A stretch of DNA of 64,000 nt. Source: Providencia sp. Its GTDB lineage: Bacteria; Pseudomonadota; Gammaproteobacteria; Enterobacterales; Enterobacteriaceae. How positions within the stretch are numbered: position 1 is the first letter of the stretch; every line of letters begins with the position of its first letter. This document shows, piece after piece, positions 63,589 through 64,000 of the stretch. The position numbers were made by a program, and so were the translations under genes. The notes beneath the pieces were generated by a model. The model was not told the origin of the DNA, did not search any database, and was given only the letters and a program-made list of their open reading frames with translations. The DNA is taken from positions 7,880 through 71,879 of the forward strand of contig NZ_JBEBNT010000019.1 of assembly GCF_040396775.1 (NCBI RefSeq). The letters run 5' to 3'.

Positions 63589-64000
63589 GAGTTTTACTTT
63601 TTTAACTTTTATTTGTTGTCCTTATTAAGAGGTATCATTTTAAAATCATTTTGACAACTTTTATTTATTTTATTTATTTTCAAAATGTTTACCTTTAATA
63701 AAATCAAATAGTTAAACTAAAAACAAAATAATAAACTAGAAAACAAACAGTAAGGCAGTAATTATCTATGATTTTCACAGCATAATCAGCTGCATCCTCC
63801 ATGACCTTTTAATGTAAATGGCTAAATACCACTTCACTCAATTAGTCATTTTTTCTTAACTTTATCCAAGTTCTCATTAAAATGCACCACATCTCAAATA
63901 ACCTCAATCCTAGGTATACCAACTTATAAAAGCCCTTCCCAAAAAAATGAAACAGTCAGGTAACTACATAAATAAATTATCGAGCAGCTTCGCAAATATT

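Overview
This is an AT-rich Enterobacterales chromosome segment. Gene order matches the E. coli yigL-pldB-recQ-pldA-yigI-rarD / uvrD-yigB-xerC-yigA-dapF-lptM / cyaY / cyaA / hemCDXY / glmZ / proM-leuT-hisR-argX / yifK / wec-rff (ECA) / rho / trxA / rhlB / gppA / rep / ilvC / ilvY / ilvLGMEDA region. Protein divergence from E. coli plus low GC (judged by eye) suggest a Morganellaceae-type host such as Proteus or Providencia; that is inference only. About 85 percent of the window is conserved core. The non-core part is an AT-rich accessory interval of about 9.4 kb between rarD and uvrD (about 6.5-15.9 kb). It carries a PuuP-like permease plus a YtcJ-like amidohydrolase behind a candidate structured leader. 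It also carries an unannotated hok/sok-like type I toxin locus and an rtcB-prfH ribosome rescue/repair pair with its own promoter and leader mini-ORF. The most unusual part is an islet in which a PHD/P4H-type 2OG-Fe(II) prolyl hydroxylase is flanked by two divergent coiled-coil paralogues that share a C-terminal Cys-x8-Cys-Ala end. Features hidden from the 60-aa ORF track include hok, lptM, ilvL and the GlmZ sRNA with its sigma-54 promoter and two GlrR boxes. Also missed by the track are four tRNAs, a LexA box, ERIC-like repeats, and a structured intergenic element of about 185 bp present twice, each copy bracketed by a duplicated local hairpin. No CRISPR array, transposase or prophage genes were seen. 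All homology statements come from reading the translations against remembered family sequences; no searches were run.
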